Position numbers and translations under genes: made by a program. Below the pieces are notes generated by a model. That model did not search any database, was not told where the DNA came from, and saw only the letters and a program-made list of their open reading frames with translations. A stretch of 63,379 nt of DNA, counting the filler, from Sphacelaria rigidula (lineage: Eukaryota), in NCBI GenBank assembly GCA_964200075.2. It is 11 parts of 11 records of this genome, joined end to end, with 100 filler letters (N's around TTAATTAATTAA, not from the genome) between each part and the next. Parts side by side here need not be neighbours in the genome. Positions count along the whole stretch, not along the records: positions 5,772 to 11,442 come from CAXNAA020025394.1; positions 11,543 to 17,213 come from CAXNAA020025395.1; positions 17,314 to 22,984 come from CAXNAA020025396.1; 8 more parts are not named here. One strand, given 5' to 3'. Shown here one piece after another: positions 10,299 through 23,084 of this stretch (position 1 is its first letter; each line of letters opens with the position of its first letter).

Positions 10299-11542
10299 GT
10301 GAGTAGTACAGCACGCCTTCACTTTTGTCAAACATATCATGGTGATCATTGGACCCGCGATCCCTCACGAGACGGCGATTACTAGAGCTTCTGATGGTGA
10401 CGTAGTAGCCGGGGACCGTTCTTCGGGCCGTTCTTCACGAGGCTTTTTTTCATTATTGTTTGTTTAGTAGAGAGGGAGAAAATTGATTCTGTTTTTGATC
10501 GTTGAGCCGATTGATCTTCAGTGTGGGTCATGCATTGGTCTGTAATATAAGACCCACATGAATCACCCTGGCCGTCAAAGGGTAAAGAACGGTCGTTCGT
10601 CTGGCGTGTCGGTCGTTCTGCCATTCTGCTCTTGATGGCATGGTATACCATGGTACGACCACCCCATGGGGTGAACAATCGGTGGGGGGGGGGGGAGGGC
10701 GTGTGAGGAATAGGAACGCTTGTCATGTACGCCAAGGTACGTGATATGAGTGGTAAAAGACAAGTACCCCCAAGCATGAAATGAAGACGTTACAGTCAAG
10801 CATCCTTTTGGTACACTGCAAGCGTTGAGTGATCGTTCCTCAAGACAGGTGTTGTTGTTCTGGAATGTTGGAAGAGGATATACTTGGAACACAGTCTGTC
10901 TGCTTTTGTTGTCTTCTACCATGAATTCTCGTTGGGGGTATGCACGTGTCTGTACATGCCCTCCCCCCACCTAACAGGATTAGGGGTGGATGCGAGACTT
11001 TGCTTGTGTCTATGAGAATATGTGGAAATGGTAGTGTGTTATTCAGTTCAACGTAGGCAGCTTTGATGATGTTCTCCCCAGCAAAAATACGGGTAGGAAA
11101 GCATGTCATTGTCCATGATCCTCATTCGTGAACCCTGGTCATTCTAGCAGCGTTGCATCCCCCTTGACAGGAGAAGAAGCGGTTTGTGACGGGAGTAGTG
11201 AGACTACCAGGGTTCAAATCAGTTTCGTGGGGGAATGGGTGACGAGTCTACCATGGAGCTCATGCAAGAAGTTGACACGTATCCGAGTAAAGTGCCAGCA
11301 CTTGTGCACTGAACTATCTCCCGTGGTTTTTCTGCAATCCAACGCCCCCCCCCCCCCCCCCCCCCCACACCCAACCCCCCGAATAAACGAAGCAGAAAAC
11401 GAATCCAACCGACACAAAACCACACAAAAAAAAACAAAAAAANNNNNNNNNNNNNNNNNNNNNNNNNNNNNNNNNNNNNNNNNNNNTTAATTAATTAANN
11501 NNNNNNNNNNNNNNNNNNNNNNNNNNNNNNNNNNNNNNNNNN

Positions 11543-11609
11543 TCATTAACTGATTGACCGCTTTTCACTCTCAATCGTATCATCTACTCTCAATCTCACG
11601 AAAATACTG
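11543..11609 (-). mobile_element. Terminus of an abundant hAT-like element (CAGTRTTTTCGTGAGATTGAGAGTAGATGATACG...)
   Basis: Near-identical to 17146-17213 and 57547-57600, with a diverged copy at ~19283-19342. The CAGTG start resembles hAT TIRs. Confidence 0.7.
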
Positions 11610-12261
11610 TCATCAGTGCATGACTAGTTCAAGAGCATACACGTATTTCAGACCCGCGGTCAATGATAGCAGAGGTTTCGCCCAAAAAGTTGCAGCAGGC
11701 CAACATTTAGACCAGTATTCCAACCCTGAGGTGGAAAAAATTGCTCGATTATGCTACTTGCCGAAACGTCATATATATACTGTTGATACTACTTGCTGAA
11801 ACTCCATGTTATTTACGCCACCAAGGTGGAAACATGCCACAACGTATACGAGCATAACAAGTAAAAGCCTACCTGTGGTACCGGATTCCCAGAAACATGG
11901 GGTCGCACGCAGGAGCCTCACAGGTGGACATTTTGCTTTCGCCGCAGGGTACATGAAGGCGGACCGTTGTGAAGGGTACGCGTGTAGAGTGTCGCCACAG
12001 GGGGTTCTACTATATACCTTGTAGAGGGTCGCCAGAGGGTCGCAAGAGAGCTCTATACCTTGTTCACGGTCGCCACAGGGTCTCTTACCTCCAGGCCGTG
12101 TCTGATCATTTTGTTTTCGAGTCGAAAACATCCGGTCGAATCGAATTGGTCGTATTTGGCTCATATCTCATACGTCCATGGCACAATATGTTCTCAGATG
12201 GCTTCGAGTCAATTTTGTACTTATTTGCGCCCGACGGGCAGGGTGAAAAACAGAACAGCTT

Positions 12262-12530
12262 AGGAGCTGGGCCAGGGGTAAATCCCGCATTCGCTTTCCA
12301 CACCACAACTTCTGAACTTTCCCAAATCAGCGCGACTTGAGCATATCGCTGCGGCAGACTAACCTGGTAACACACGGCACCGCCGCTGAATGAAGAAAAA
12401 TTGAAAAAAGTGTACTGCATAATATATAACCTTAACGACGGATGAAACATAAAAGAGAACATGTCGGGATTTGAACTCATGACACGCATAATTGGAGTTT
12501 CTCATCACTTGAATTATATGGGTGCAGCAG
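12262..12530 (-). mobile_element. tRNA-headed SINE-like repeat, second copy
   Basis: Same body block and B-box head (plus strand GTCGGGATTTGAACTCATGAC) as 1690-2280. Confidence 0.5.
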
Positions 12531-12877
12531 CGTCACGCAAACCGTTGCACGCACGGCCCGATTCGACGGCTCTTGAGCTGTAATTTCACGAAGACCTTCT
12601 GCACCCAAGGAAATGATACATCCCGTGAGCAGCCGCAGATTCTCATTTTGTTCCTGAACTTACGACATTATCCTGTTTTTGCTTATTTCGGCCGGACGGA
12701 CCCCCCCTGCCAACCTTTTGAACAATGCATTGTATTTTCGGACGGAGTCCGCCTGCAGCAAGCGTACGGGTGCCTGTTTCACCCCGGAAAAATATCCAGG
12801 TGCTGTCTGTGTCTTCCCAACCTACCTGACTGAACGATGGCCGTATCAACTGTACTCCGTACCCCCAATATCTTCAG

Positions 12878-13092
12878 CGATCCGGTATGTGGATGCTGAT
12901 ACGAAGACTACCGTCACCGTCTCAAGTTGCACCGCCTTCGATCCGACAGAAGACGACTGCGGTGTGGGCGGGTGCACTTGCGAGAACACTCGCGACGAAA
13001 GCCGTTTGCCCGCAGATCGCTGGGCCTGTACCCAAGATCTCAGTGATGACGACTTGCCGTGCGAAATTTGCTACACGTTCGGCGAGCCCCAG
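12878..13092 (+). CDS. CBM32/F5-8 type C-like module protein, exon
   Basis: TTCAG| acceptor and CAG|GTACGA donor. Translates IRYVDADTKTTVTVSSCTAFDPTEDDCGVGGCTCENTRDESRLPADRWACTQDLSDDDLPCEICYTFGEPQ (NT.D..RW.C..I.Y.F pattern). Confidence 0.8.
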
Positions 13093-13665
13093 GTACGAGC
13101 CTAATATATTTGTATAGTTGTTCGACAGGTGCCGATCGCCCGTACTACAGCGTTACAGCCCAAACGTAGGAGCATCGTTCGGTAATACGTATGGGTCGAG
13201 GTAGTCGCAAAGATTGCACGCCGGGACTTTTTCAGCTCCCAGTGTAGTGTAGGTTTCCTGCGATTCGATCATCAGCCTTTTTCATGTATTTTCCGCACAA
13301 GTATAATATAACCCCTATAGGATTCGAGTGGTGGCTCAAGTGGGGTCGTTTCATTTCCGCCACGAGGGGAATCAAGAAGCAAGGTGCAGGTCATCGACTT
13401 TGATGGTGGTCATGTTCCAAGATTGTGTTGTGTAGGATAACGATTTTTGTACACCCATGGTATATTTCCGGGTATTCGATTACAGTTCTGTGCGTCATAT
13501 TTTGATAGCGATAACCGAGAGTTCTGTAACATCTGTATCTAGGCAAACCTACTCCCGTGCCACACAAAATGCAGCGTTGATAATTGTTTTTGCTTACTGA
13601 AACAGCGTATTTGAACCTCTCGCATCTCCATATTCTTCGGCTCTGCAACAACAACGCCCAATCAG

Positions 13666-13881
13666 GATATCAAGTGGGTAAAGATCGCCTTCTACAAGGG
13701 CTTAGAGCGGCAGAGAACTTTCCTCCTCAAGAGCACCGGCACGGTTGGTAGTGAAGTTGAATATACCTCAAGTGGAAACTCCAATCGGCTGGCGTACTTC
13801 ACAGTCAACACCGAGGGAACCGAGGAGATGTGCATCGAGGCTCAGGATCTGGACTCCACTGAGTGGTTCAGCCTTCTCGAG
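13666..13881 (+). CDS. CBM32/F5-8 type C-like module protein, exon (not in ORF track)
   Basis: TCAG| acceptor and GAG|GTGCGG donor, phase 0/0, stop-free. Translates DIKWVKIAFYKGLERQRTFLLKSTGTVGSEVEYTSSGNSNRLAYFTVNTEGTEEMCIEAQDLDSTEWFSLLE (IAFYKG.ER, SSG and W.SL.E motifs). Confidence 0.82.
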
Positions 13882-13946
13882 GTGCGGCTGCTGGGGGGGT
13901 TGTAGTCAAGCATTTTAATCAGAATTCCCTGTGTACAAGAGCCATT

Positions 13947-14193
13947 CTACGATAGGGGGCGGGGGGGGGTGTTCGATTCAACGGAAAACTGTGCTCGTGA
14001 ATGCGTCAAACGACCTGAAACACTCGCGGTGCGCTTGTATTTGGGTAAAAGCGGTGTAATAAAGCAGTATGATCGAGCTTTCTTCATCGGGAGCAAGCGC
14101 GTTCGAACAAGTGTTGGCTGTTTTCAACGGCGATTGAAGTGGAATTTCATTGGAGAAAACAGCCAAAAACACCCCCCCGCCCCCCTGTCGTAG
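13947..14193. mobile_element. MITE with ~26-bp G/C-run TIRs (CTACGAYAGGGGGCGGGGGGG..TGTT)
   Basis: CTACGATAGGGGGCGGGGGGGGGTGTT at 13947 and AACACCCCCCCGCCCCCCTGTCGTAG ending at 14193 are reverse complements. The body matches 479-693. Confidence 0.75.
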
Positions 14194-14214
14194 CATGACT
14201 TGCAAGTCGCTCAC

Positions 14215-15070
14215 GTAATACAGACTTGGGAGCAGAGTTACCTCGAGATATACTCGCGTGGAAAACAAACGGAGATCTGCGAAAATGGGAATTACAATAT
14301 AATGTAGGGAACATGACAAGGGAGAGATTGCCAGCCATTCAACAGGGCTGTATGGAAGAAGGGAACGGAAATGTATGCTGGAATAAGGTGGGGTGAGGTG
14401 TAGTCGAGAAACTATGGAAGGGTATGTGGGGAAACCAAGACGAGGTGGAGTCCACAGGTGGATGTGAGGAGTACAAAACAAGAGAAAGAGGCGTCAGGGA
14501 GATCAGGCAATACCCAGCGCCAAGACGGAAAGTAGACGAATAGCACCTGAAGATGTACGGGGGGGTTGGGAGATGGGGTAGGGATGAAGCATACCTGCAC
14601 GCCCAACAGATTGAACGACAAAGTTGAGAAAGAGATTTCGTGTGGAAGACCTAGACCTGGCATAATGAAGAGGTATGCCAGCAGTCGGGGGGAAAGGGAG
14701 AAGGGAAAATGCATACACGGAAATACCCCTGTCCCAAAGCAATCAATGGAGAAGAACTCATGTGGGGGCAGAATGTGGACTATACAAGGAGGAACGGGGC
14801 GTTTTACGGGGGGAAATGTGGAAAGCGAGGGAGACATGAAATCGTCTGGTACATTTGGCAGTAGCGAAAAAACGATCGCTATATACTAGGAGATAGATGA
14901 TGTCCACAGACGGCGAAGCAGGAAGGGGATACGATGTGTGCGAGGTTTCTGTGTAATGTTTGGAAGAAACACCGTGAGCGCCCAAGTGTCAAGATGTAGG
15001 AACGCTGCTCCGTCTCGAGAGAGATGCGTGGTCAATGATCATATGGCCGAGTCAACCAACAAATGAGTGC
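14215..15070 (+). mobile_element. 5'-truncated, decayed LINE (ORF2 C-terminus and 3' tail)
   Basis: Purine-rich frameshifted coding remnant with a CCHC-like knuckle (YPCPKAI..RTHVGAECGLYKEER, ~14723-14800) and SSEKTIAI. Ends CTCCGTCTCGAGAGAGATGCGTGGTCAATG...AACAAATGAGTGC followed by a C-rich tract. Confidence 0.65.
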
Positions 15071-15136
15071 GACTCCTCCCGCCTCCCCTCCCCACCGCAA
15101 TGTTTTCCCTGTCGATGCTACATGTGGTATGTGCAG

Positions 15137-15166
15137 GTGGAGTTCTGGGTTGCCGAATCCGAGTAA
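15137..15166 (+). CDS. CBM32-like module protein, terminal exon
   Basis: GTGCAG|GTG GAG TTC TGG GTT GCC GAA TCC GAG TAA = VEFWVAESE*. It completes the canonical W.S..EVEF ending of the domain in phase 0. Confidence 0.7.
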   Translation: MEFWVAESE

Positions 15167-15942
15167 CGTCGCATGTCTTCGTGCGGCAATCGGGTAGGTC
15201 CAAGATCAGCCATCATCAATCTCACGTACGATTCGGCGGAGGCAATATTATCGGTTTGACATCAGCTTAGCCCCATCAAGTATCCTGTCTCGAGGTCGCT
15301 CGTTGTGTTTTGTACTATTACATAATGCAAATAATTTTCAAGAAAGTAGAGCCCGAGGTTCGCAAAAAAATGACAGCGAATACCCTATATGAGGTATAGT
15401 GGGCGGTAAAATACTCAATAGACGACAAGTTTCAAGAGACAAGCGTTTCCTGTCCCAATTCTGGGGTGCATGACGATATTTGGTATGAAGTACTGACTAC
15501 TGTTAGGTACAAGGTATCTGTTGACTGAGCATGACACGAGGGCCATAAACATGCGAAGTGACGGTCGTTGTTGATATGCTGGCATTTATGTTTTTCGTCG
15601 ACATGTATCCCCGGCATATCTCGGTCTTTATGTTGTGCAGGAGGACGTGATTTGAGGATGAATGGGTGCTGGGTGGCTCGTTTTTAGGCTGCACTAGTGG
15701 TGTGGTTACGGTGTTCAATGTTGGCAAATACAGGTTCCATTAGGTTGAGTTGGCAACTACACGTTTCTACTTGAGTCAATTTAGCAAATACAGGGTTCTG
15801 TCTTGATTATCGCAACAGTTGGGCCAATAAGCGTTTCTACTTTGTATGTCATCATGTTGTGGGATCAATGTCCCCATTGTTTTCTACACACTTGTCTTAT
15901 TTCAGCGTTTTTCTATACCGCAAAGGTCGAAAACGGTGATGA

Positions 15943-16369
15943 CACGGGATTTTACCGTTCGGGGGATGGATCTTTCATTGGGGATGAAACCTGGAGGATT
16001 AAAGTCTTCGTATCCACACCAAATCTTCCAAGTATGCTTCCATTTACTCACTTGCTGGTAGCTATCGACAACTACTACACGCCATATAAATTTGGATTTT
16101 GATGACTGACATGTCGTGGTCCTAGGAAAAGAGCCAATATTGGGCGATTCTAGGTGTACGATCGGACGCCAAAATTGGTTCTTCTCCAAGGACCCCGGAA
16201 TTTGGGTTTTCGAAATCCACATTTGTATGGCGTGTAGTAGTTGTCGATAGCTACCGGCAAGTGAAGAAATGGAAGCATACTTCGGAGATTTGGTGTGGAT
16301 ACGAAGATTTCAATCCTCCAGGTTTTTATCCCCAATAGAAGATCCATCCCCAATTTGTAAAATCCCGTC
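15943..16369. mobile_element. Long-TIR (near-palindromic) MITE, copy 1
   Basis: Arms of roughly 190 bp starting CACGGGAT. Same family at 42179-42617 and 50878-51303. Confidence 0.9.
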
Positions 16370-17145
16370 TTTGATTTTAATTTTCTCGAGCGAAAATGTA
16401 TGTATGTGTGTGGAGCAAAAATGTGTGTGTGTGTGTGTGTGTGTGTGTAGCGGAAACGTGCGTGTATGTGGGTCTTCATCCCAACTATTCCGGACGCCAG
16501 TCCACAACTTTCGGCATACTTGGGCGCATCGGCGGGGGTCTGTATCATGTTTGTTTCAATTTCATCTTATTGTGAATTGCCCCCCAACTTGTAGCGGTTG
16601 GACGCAACCTTTGTTGGTGTAAGGAGATTCTAAGCACGTGGAGGTGGAAGATGTGCTAGTACTGGTCAGTGTTATTTCTTCTCAATGATATGGAGGCGGT
16701 ATTTTTGGAGATTAGGCGCCAAAACAACGGGCGAGCTGAAGACAAAACTTGTGCAAGTCACGCATCATCTGGTACGGCGAGGTGCATAGATTTCGTGTCG
16801 TCGACAACGTGTCAGGATGAGGGGGTATAATAGTAGATGTGTGAATGGACTGTGCACGCGAGGTAGCACGGCGTGAGTTTTATGTTTCGTTCCATGATTC
16901 CAGATAATTTCCTATCTTTGGATGGACAGATCTTTGGGTGGACAGGATGGACGCAATGGATTGATTGGAATGTATTGTAATTGGTCTTCAACCCATATGT
17001 ATGTCTCGTTAGCGAGGATTCCTATGTGAACCACTCGAACCTTTTCTAGCGGAACACCCGAGATCTCAAGGTCATGACCGTACGAGATCGAGCAGGAATC
17101 CCTCGCAAAACCAACATACATATTCCTAGTGCATTTTGCCACAAA

Positions 17146-17213
17146 CAGTGTTTTCGTGAGATTGAGAGTAGATGATACGATTGAGAGTGAAAAGCGGTCA
17201 ATCAGTGAATGAA
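17146..17213 (+). mobile_element. Terminus of the abundant hAT-like element
   Basis: CAGTGTTTTCGTGAGATTGAGAGTAGATGATACGATTGAGAGTG runs into the contig end. It is the reverse complement of 11543-11609. Confidence 0.7.
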
Positions 17214-19686
17214 NNNNNNNNNNNNNNNNNNNNNNNNNNNNNNNNNNNNNNNNNNNNTTAATTAATTAANNNNNNNNNNNNNNNNNNNNNNNNNNNNNNN
17301 NNNNNNNNNNNNNACTCTGTGACCACGGGTTCGAGAGATCGAGCTAATGTGACGGATATAATAATAATACATTATGGGAAGCTCCTGTGCGGGGGGGTGC
17401 GGACATTACACACTAACTCCAGTATAAATCGCCGGAAACATTGTAGGACCACCGCGATCATGCGTCGGTTCGAACGGTCGCGAATGCTTGTGTACCCCCA
17501 AACAAACTGTAGCACGAATCCACGAGCCGGGCCCCTAGCATTGCATTGGCATTGGCCGGAACAGTCATCTCCCGTGGGGGGTGTGGAGGAACTTGCACAC
17601 TAAAATCAGCATTGAATCTCGCGGACGCCTCGATACAAAGTATGCTTGAGGCTCGTGAGTTCGGAATATTTTTATACATACTATGAGTATGGTGTACGTT
17701 TTGACAAATATCCAGACGCGATAGATGCCGAAGCCGCAGAAGTTCGCGTGCATGGCTGCGGAGAGTTGTCGAGTGCGTTTGATATATATGTATATATATA
17801 CATGTACATGTGTCATTTCACTTTTTTCACTACTTTGGCCGAGTTTCCTCAGGCGGCAAGGCATCTCATCACGCGCTTTCTTTTGCAGTACGTGAAGAAG
17901 GTGCTGCGGTACATTACCGTTCAGGTTTGGGTGTCATCTGATACCTGTGGCGCGTGTTATGGCCATCGAAAGTCGCCCACACTGGCTCTTTTTCGCGGGG
18001 TGTCCATCCCGAACCACAAAAGCCTCTTTAAGATGATGCAAACCTCGAAACAGGAACCTAAACGACAAAAACCTGTTCATGGCGGAGTATTTCTTTGCGT
18101 TCTCGTTGATTCGGGAGCACGAAGACAGCGGTTATGCAGCATAAGTCACGAGAAAATGAAAGCAAAGCAGTGGAAAACATGTGAACATTGCCTTCGCCTT
18201 AGTTAGCAGTAAAAACAAGACCGTACAATGGGCCGTTGGCGAGTTGAACAAGGCACACACGTGGGCAAACGTCCTCACTCTGGGTCAGCTGTGTTCGACA
18301 AGCGCAGAAGGGTGACGAATCCCTGTAGTCATGCAACCCGTAACAGAGAGTTCCCTCAAGGGATGCACCTGTGTGAAGTACCGGCGCAGGAATGACCTTG
18401 TGACAGGGGCGACAGAGGTGTCCTTGTGACAAGCATGTATCCCTGCACAAGTACTTCACAGAGAGGACCTAATGAAGTGTACGTAAACAATGGTTGGTAC
18501 TGTGGAGATGCCACCAACCCTAACGCTAACCCTAGCACTAACATCGACCAAGCCATACCGATAACTCTCGGACAAGGGGGGTGCAGTTCCTTAGGTCAAG
18601 CGTGCGTTGCGAGAGCTAAAATCGACGCCTTTGAGCCGATTTTGGGCCAAAATACGTTTTGGACAACCTGGTTCTACTGCTAACTACTGCTCACCTGCCC
18701 CAAATTATGAATTTCCTCAGAACTTCCTTCATTTTGAAACCAAGTCAAATCGAGTACCAATCGTTGTTCATGTACATTTCTTAAGGTCTACCAGTGTCGC
18801 TCTACAGGCGAATGCATATATGCATGCGCAGATGCATAAACTTAGACATGTTGAGCGGCTGGACGGCCGGTGCGGTAGCAAATTGGCACCGGTCGGGTCC
18901 CGTCTGTGCTGCGGCCCTTTCTGGATCATGACCATCTGTAGTGAACCGATCGGCATACAGTCTGTAGAGCTGTGCACTTCATGGTGCACGGCCCTGAGGA
19001 CGCTGAAGCCGCTGCGAGGCGCTGACACATCGCTTATAGGCTGTGCAAACCACAATCAACAGTTCCAAGTCGCTATATCTGGTGCTGTGCGCTGCAGCAG
19101 TGCGCACTAGAGGGCAAAACGGTCAGATTTTGTTCCGAAAAAAATGCTTTTTCCTTTTGGCGCAACACTGACTTCACAGGAACACCTCTGCGCCGGTACT
19201 CAACAGGTTAATAACTGTGAGCTCGCCCGCTGCTCCGGTAAGGGCCTCGCGGAGGGATATTTCGGAACTGAAACGATTATATCACTAATTGACTGTTTTT
19301 CCTTCTCAATCGTATCCTCTACTCTAAATCTCACGAAAACATCGTTTTATGTAATTGGAGGCTCCCTCATCAGTTGTGTTTGTTTGTCCACGACTGTTTA
19401 TTTTTCGCGGAGGGCAATATATACTTGCTCGATCGAAGCGGACAAAGCGATGACTCGCGCGCTTTTCTCCCTTCATTCAACCCATATGTATTATGTACAT
19501 GTATCATTTCACATTTTCACCACTTTTGCCGAGTTTTCTCTGCCAGCAAGGCATTTTTTCCCACGCTTTCTGTTGCGGCGCATTCAGAAGGCACACGAAG
19601 TATATTTGATATTATCGATTTGCGTCACCCCCGGGAGGCCCGTACCAACCTCCCGAAGGGGAACCTTGTACATATATATATATACA

Positions 19687-20673
19687 TATATTGGCCGAAC
19701 AATATGGTGACAGAAACGGCGACCCGGTGTATATGCCTTCTGATACCCATCTGGCCACCGGTGCGGTGGCGTCCATCCCCTTCACAGAATGTAATACATC
19801 TTGGCTAACCAGTACGGCGGCAGAAAACGCTGGTCGATATGCCCTTTCGGTACGCCTGTGGTCACCGGTGCTGTGTTGCTTATACCCTGGACAATACAAT
19901 ATGTTCCAATATGATACCAATACTTTGTATCGCAGACAGCGCAAATATTGTCCCTTCAATATGAATTGTGTTGAGATGTCCTCGGAGACAGTGGAGCAAC
20001 AATACATTTTTCTCGTGTCATGATCGTGAACAAATGCATGGCAATATGTATTGGACATGCATTTGCTCCAGGAAAAAAACATTCAATACGTTTTGTGTAT
20101 GCCGGCCATGGATGTACTGAAGTGTCAATATATATATTGAGTCGAAGCGATACGTAACATATTGTCATCATAGTACATATTGAACGTAAACCATGCAAAA
20201 ATATTGTCCTCGGACATGAATTTCGCACGCTCATCGCATAGCTATTGTGCAGCCAATATATATTGGACACGCTCTCGGAGGAATATTTTGAGCCTTTTCG
20301 GCATCTGGTGACGCATCTTTCAATGGTACCCGCGAACATAAGATTGCCCACCACACTAATTCCGATACACTTTCCAATCTACATGTTGAATCATCAACAT
20401 ATACTGCTACACCAATATGCATTGTGACCGTTGACTCCCTCGTGTATTATCCGCCCGATATTGGACGCATTGACGCATGACATATTGGGGCGGGAACATA
20501 TTATCGTGCCTCGGGTGTTGGGTATATTGAATCGCCAAAATATATATTGACCTCGTGTGGCAGCCAACACTTTGCTCGTACAAATATATACTGACGACAT
20601 ACCGCACCAACATATCAGTCGGTCAATATATATCGAGGTGGCGCGCGTCATGATATTTCGTTCGGTCGATATA
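19687..20673. mobile_element. Non-autonomous TIR element within a (TA)n tract
   Basis: Left end TATATTGGCCGAACAATAT, right end (reverse complement) TATATCGACCGAACGAAATAT. TA microsatellite on both sides and many internal CAATAT/ATATTG motifs. Confidence 0.55.
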
Positions 20674-20750
20674 TATATATATATATATGGCATGTCGTGA
20701 GCCTTCACATATTGGTGGCATAATATATATTAATCTGTATCTCGTGCCAT

Positions 20751-21432
20751 TATATTGCTCGCCCAATATACTTTGACCACCCGAGAGCAATGCTACGGTA
20801 GGGGATGCACTTTTTGCCTTTGGGGCGCTCCTCGTAGGAGCAAATATAGGGCTTACTGTGCAAGCCAAATCTCCGGGGACCGAACTCCCAGAAACATGGT
20901 GTTTACATGCAAGTGTAAGGAAGGCGTATCGCTAGAGTAGTCAGCGACCTACGGGGGGAGACTGCCGTCCTGATGCAGAAGGAACTCCGGGGCTGGCGAT
21001 GATTTCCTCTTGAATATGTAGGCAAGAAGGGGGTGAGACCAGAAGTGGGCGCCAGGGGCGACCCAGACCTTGGGGGATGTTGGGCTGTCCTATATTAGGC
21101 TCTTCCTGGCGTCACCCCAAGTTGTCTAGTTACGTCAGCATTACAGGGTCCTCGGGAATCTGGTCCATTTGGACCTTTCCTACTTGTACCTACTTGCTCT
21201 GGCTCTTTATACATGTGTGACCTCAGTCTCTGATACGTCACTGCAAAGATGTATTCCCGACACAAGGACCTTTTCGTAAATCGGCATCATGTTCAATCAT
21301 TTTCAAATAAAAAGATTAAAAAAATGACCCGTCCAACACCCCGAGCAGCCCCGAGAAATCTTTTCGCTAAAAACGTGTAACCCCTACCGTAACATCACTC
21401 CCGACGCGTCGACATATTGAGCGGGCAATATA
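20751..21432. mobile_element. Related TIR element ending in a (TA)n tract
   Basis: Left TATATTGCTCGCCCAATAT versus right reverse complement TATATTGCCCGCTCAATAT, followed by (TA)n. Confidence 0.6.
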
Positions 21433-21494
21433 TATATATATATATATATATTGCATATTGTGTTGTTCAGGGTGTGGAATTCATCACAGGCACC

Positions 21495-21850
21495 ATCGGT
21501 AAGGTACCGTACCGAGCGTACCCCCGGTATTTACCGGGGTATCCCATACCAGGGTATCCCATACCGTGGTATGCGTAGGAATCGTAGGTATGATATTTCA
21601 AAATACCGAATTGGGCGGGTACGGTAGGTATTGAAATCTCGAAACACCCTGGTATCGCAGGTATCGCAGGTATGCGATTTCAAAATACCGGATTTGGCAG
21701 GTACGGTAGGTATTGAAATTTTAAAACACCGTGGTATCGTAGGTATCGTAGGTATGAGATCTCAAAATACCGGATTGGGTCGGTATCGCTAGGGTATGAG
21801 ATGTCTCAAGTACCGGGATCGGGTACCTGCCTTACCCTCTATACCGAATT
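21495..21850. repeat. GGTAT/ATACC-rich internally repetitive element (~80-bp subunits), probable MITE
   Basis: Repeated TTTCAAAATACCG.ATT.GGC.GGTACGGTAGGTATTGAAAT units. A second copy lies at 22845-22984 and runs to the contig end. Confidence 0.75.
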
Positions 21851-23084
21851 CAAAGCTGTCATCTGGCAGTGCGAAGCGTTTCAGATCTGGGTGCAACTTG
21901 AGCAGTCGAAGTTTATATTTGCCCCGGTTGGAAGTCGCCCCCCACCCGAACACAATGCACCCCGGATCGAGGGAGAAAACGAGAGCCAGCGCGAATGGCA
22001 GCTGACGCGACATCCCTGCGCCCATATGCTTTGGGGGCGATGCGAGTAGCATGTTATTTGGCTAAGTTTTGTTTTCGATCTCTAGGTGCAATACGTGGGA
22101 CTCTTCTTCCTTACTGCTGTCGGACATTTGCATGATTCTTCATTTTTTTCACACTCTCCGCCCTTATCACAGCCAAATTTGTTGTGACCAGCTGACAGGT
22201 TTAGACACCCGATCCATAGATCGATCATGGGTACCGCGTGGTGATTTTCGTGGTTGTTGACGCGGGTGCAGATACTAAAGCGCTCTGAAAATAGTGCAGT
22301 AGCATGTGCCAAGTTGAAATTGAATGTTTCGATTTTCATTCCGAGGAGGTAGGGCCGTAATTCCTGGCACCAGGGTGCTGCAGTAGTACGTGAGAGCAGG
22401 TGCAGTAGTACGCAAGAGTAGGGTTTTCCCCTCTTATGTAGTTGTATTTTTCATTCAGAGCACCCGGCAATTTCGCAGAATTTACGGTATAGTAATAAGG
22501 AAGGTTATTTGATTGGTATTTTGGCATATTGCTGTGAATATTGTATGCCTCCTGCGACCCCTCCTTTTTGTTCTTTTTCTGCTTGTTTGCTTGCACGTGG
22601 AGTACTATTGCGTATGATGCTCATCTTCGACATGGGACAATGTACACCTTCGAATGATGATCTAATATTTATACCCACACACCAAAAACATCAGACGGCA
22701 TAGGAATAGTTCATTCGAAGGGATCCAAACACGAAAATTAGGGGGAATCTGGGTATCAACTACTTGTGAAAACAAGACGCGCCTGCTCCAACAGCTTCCG
22801 GCCTCAGCGTGAGTTGGCACCAGCTGTTGCATCGTGGGGAGTGCATCGCGTTCGGTAAATAACGGGGGTAACCCCGGTATTCATCGGGGTATCCCATACC
22901 GTGGTATGCGTGGGTATTGTAGGTACAAGATTTCAAAATACCAGATTGGGCGGGTACGGTAGGTATTGAAATCTCCAAATACCCNNNNNNNNNNNNNNNN
23001 NNNNNNNNNNNNNNNNNNNNNNNNNNNNTTAATTAATTAANNNNNNNNNNNNNNNNNNNNNNNNNNNNNNNNNNNNNNNNNNNN

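Noticed and set aside
18515..18545. Telomeric (CCCTAA)n tract
   Set aside because: Only about four degenerate units, internal to a contig.
21860..21960. J-domain-like KYKLRLLKLHPDLK on the minus strand
   Set aside because: Only the HPD tripeptide matches. There is no convincing helix III or splice context, and the frame runs into a repeat.
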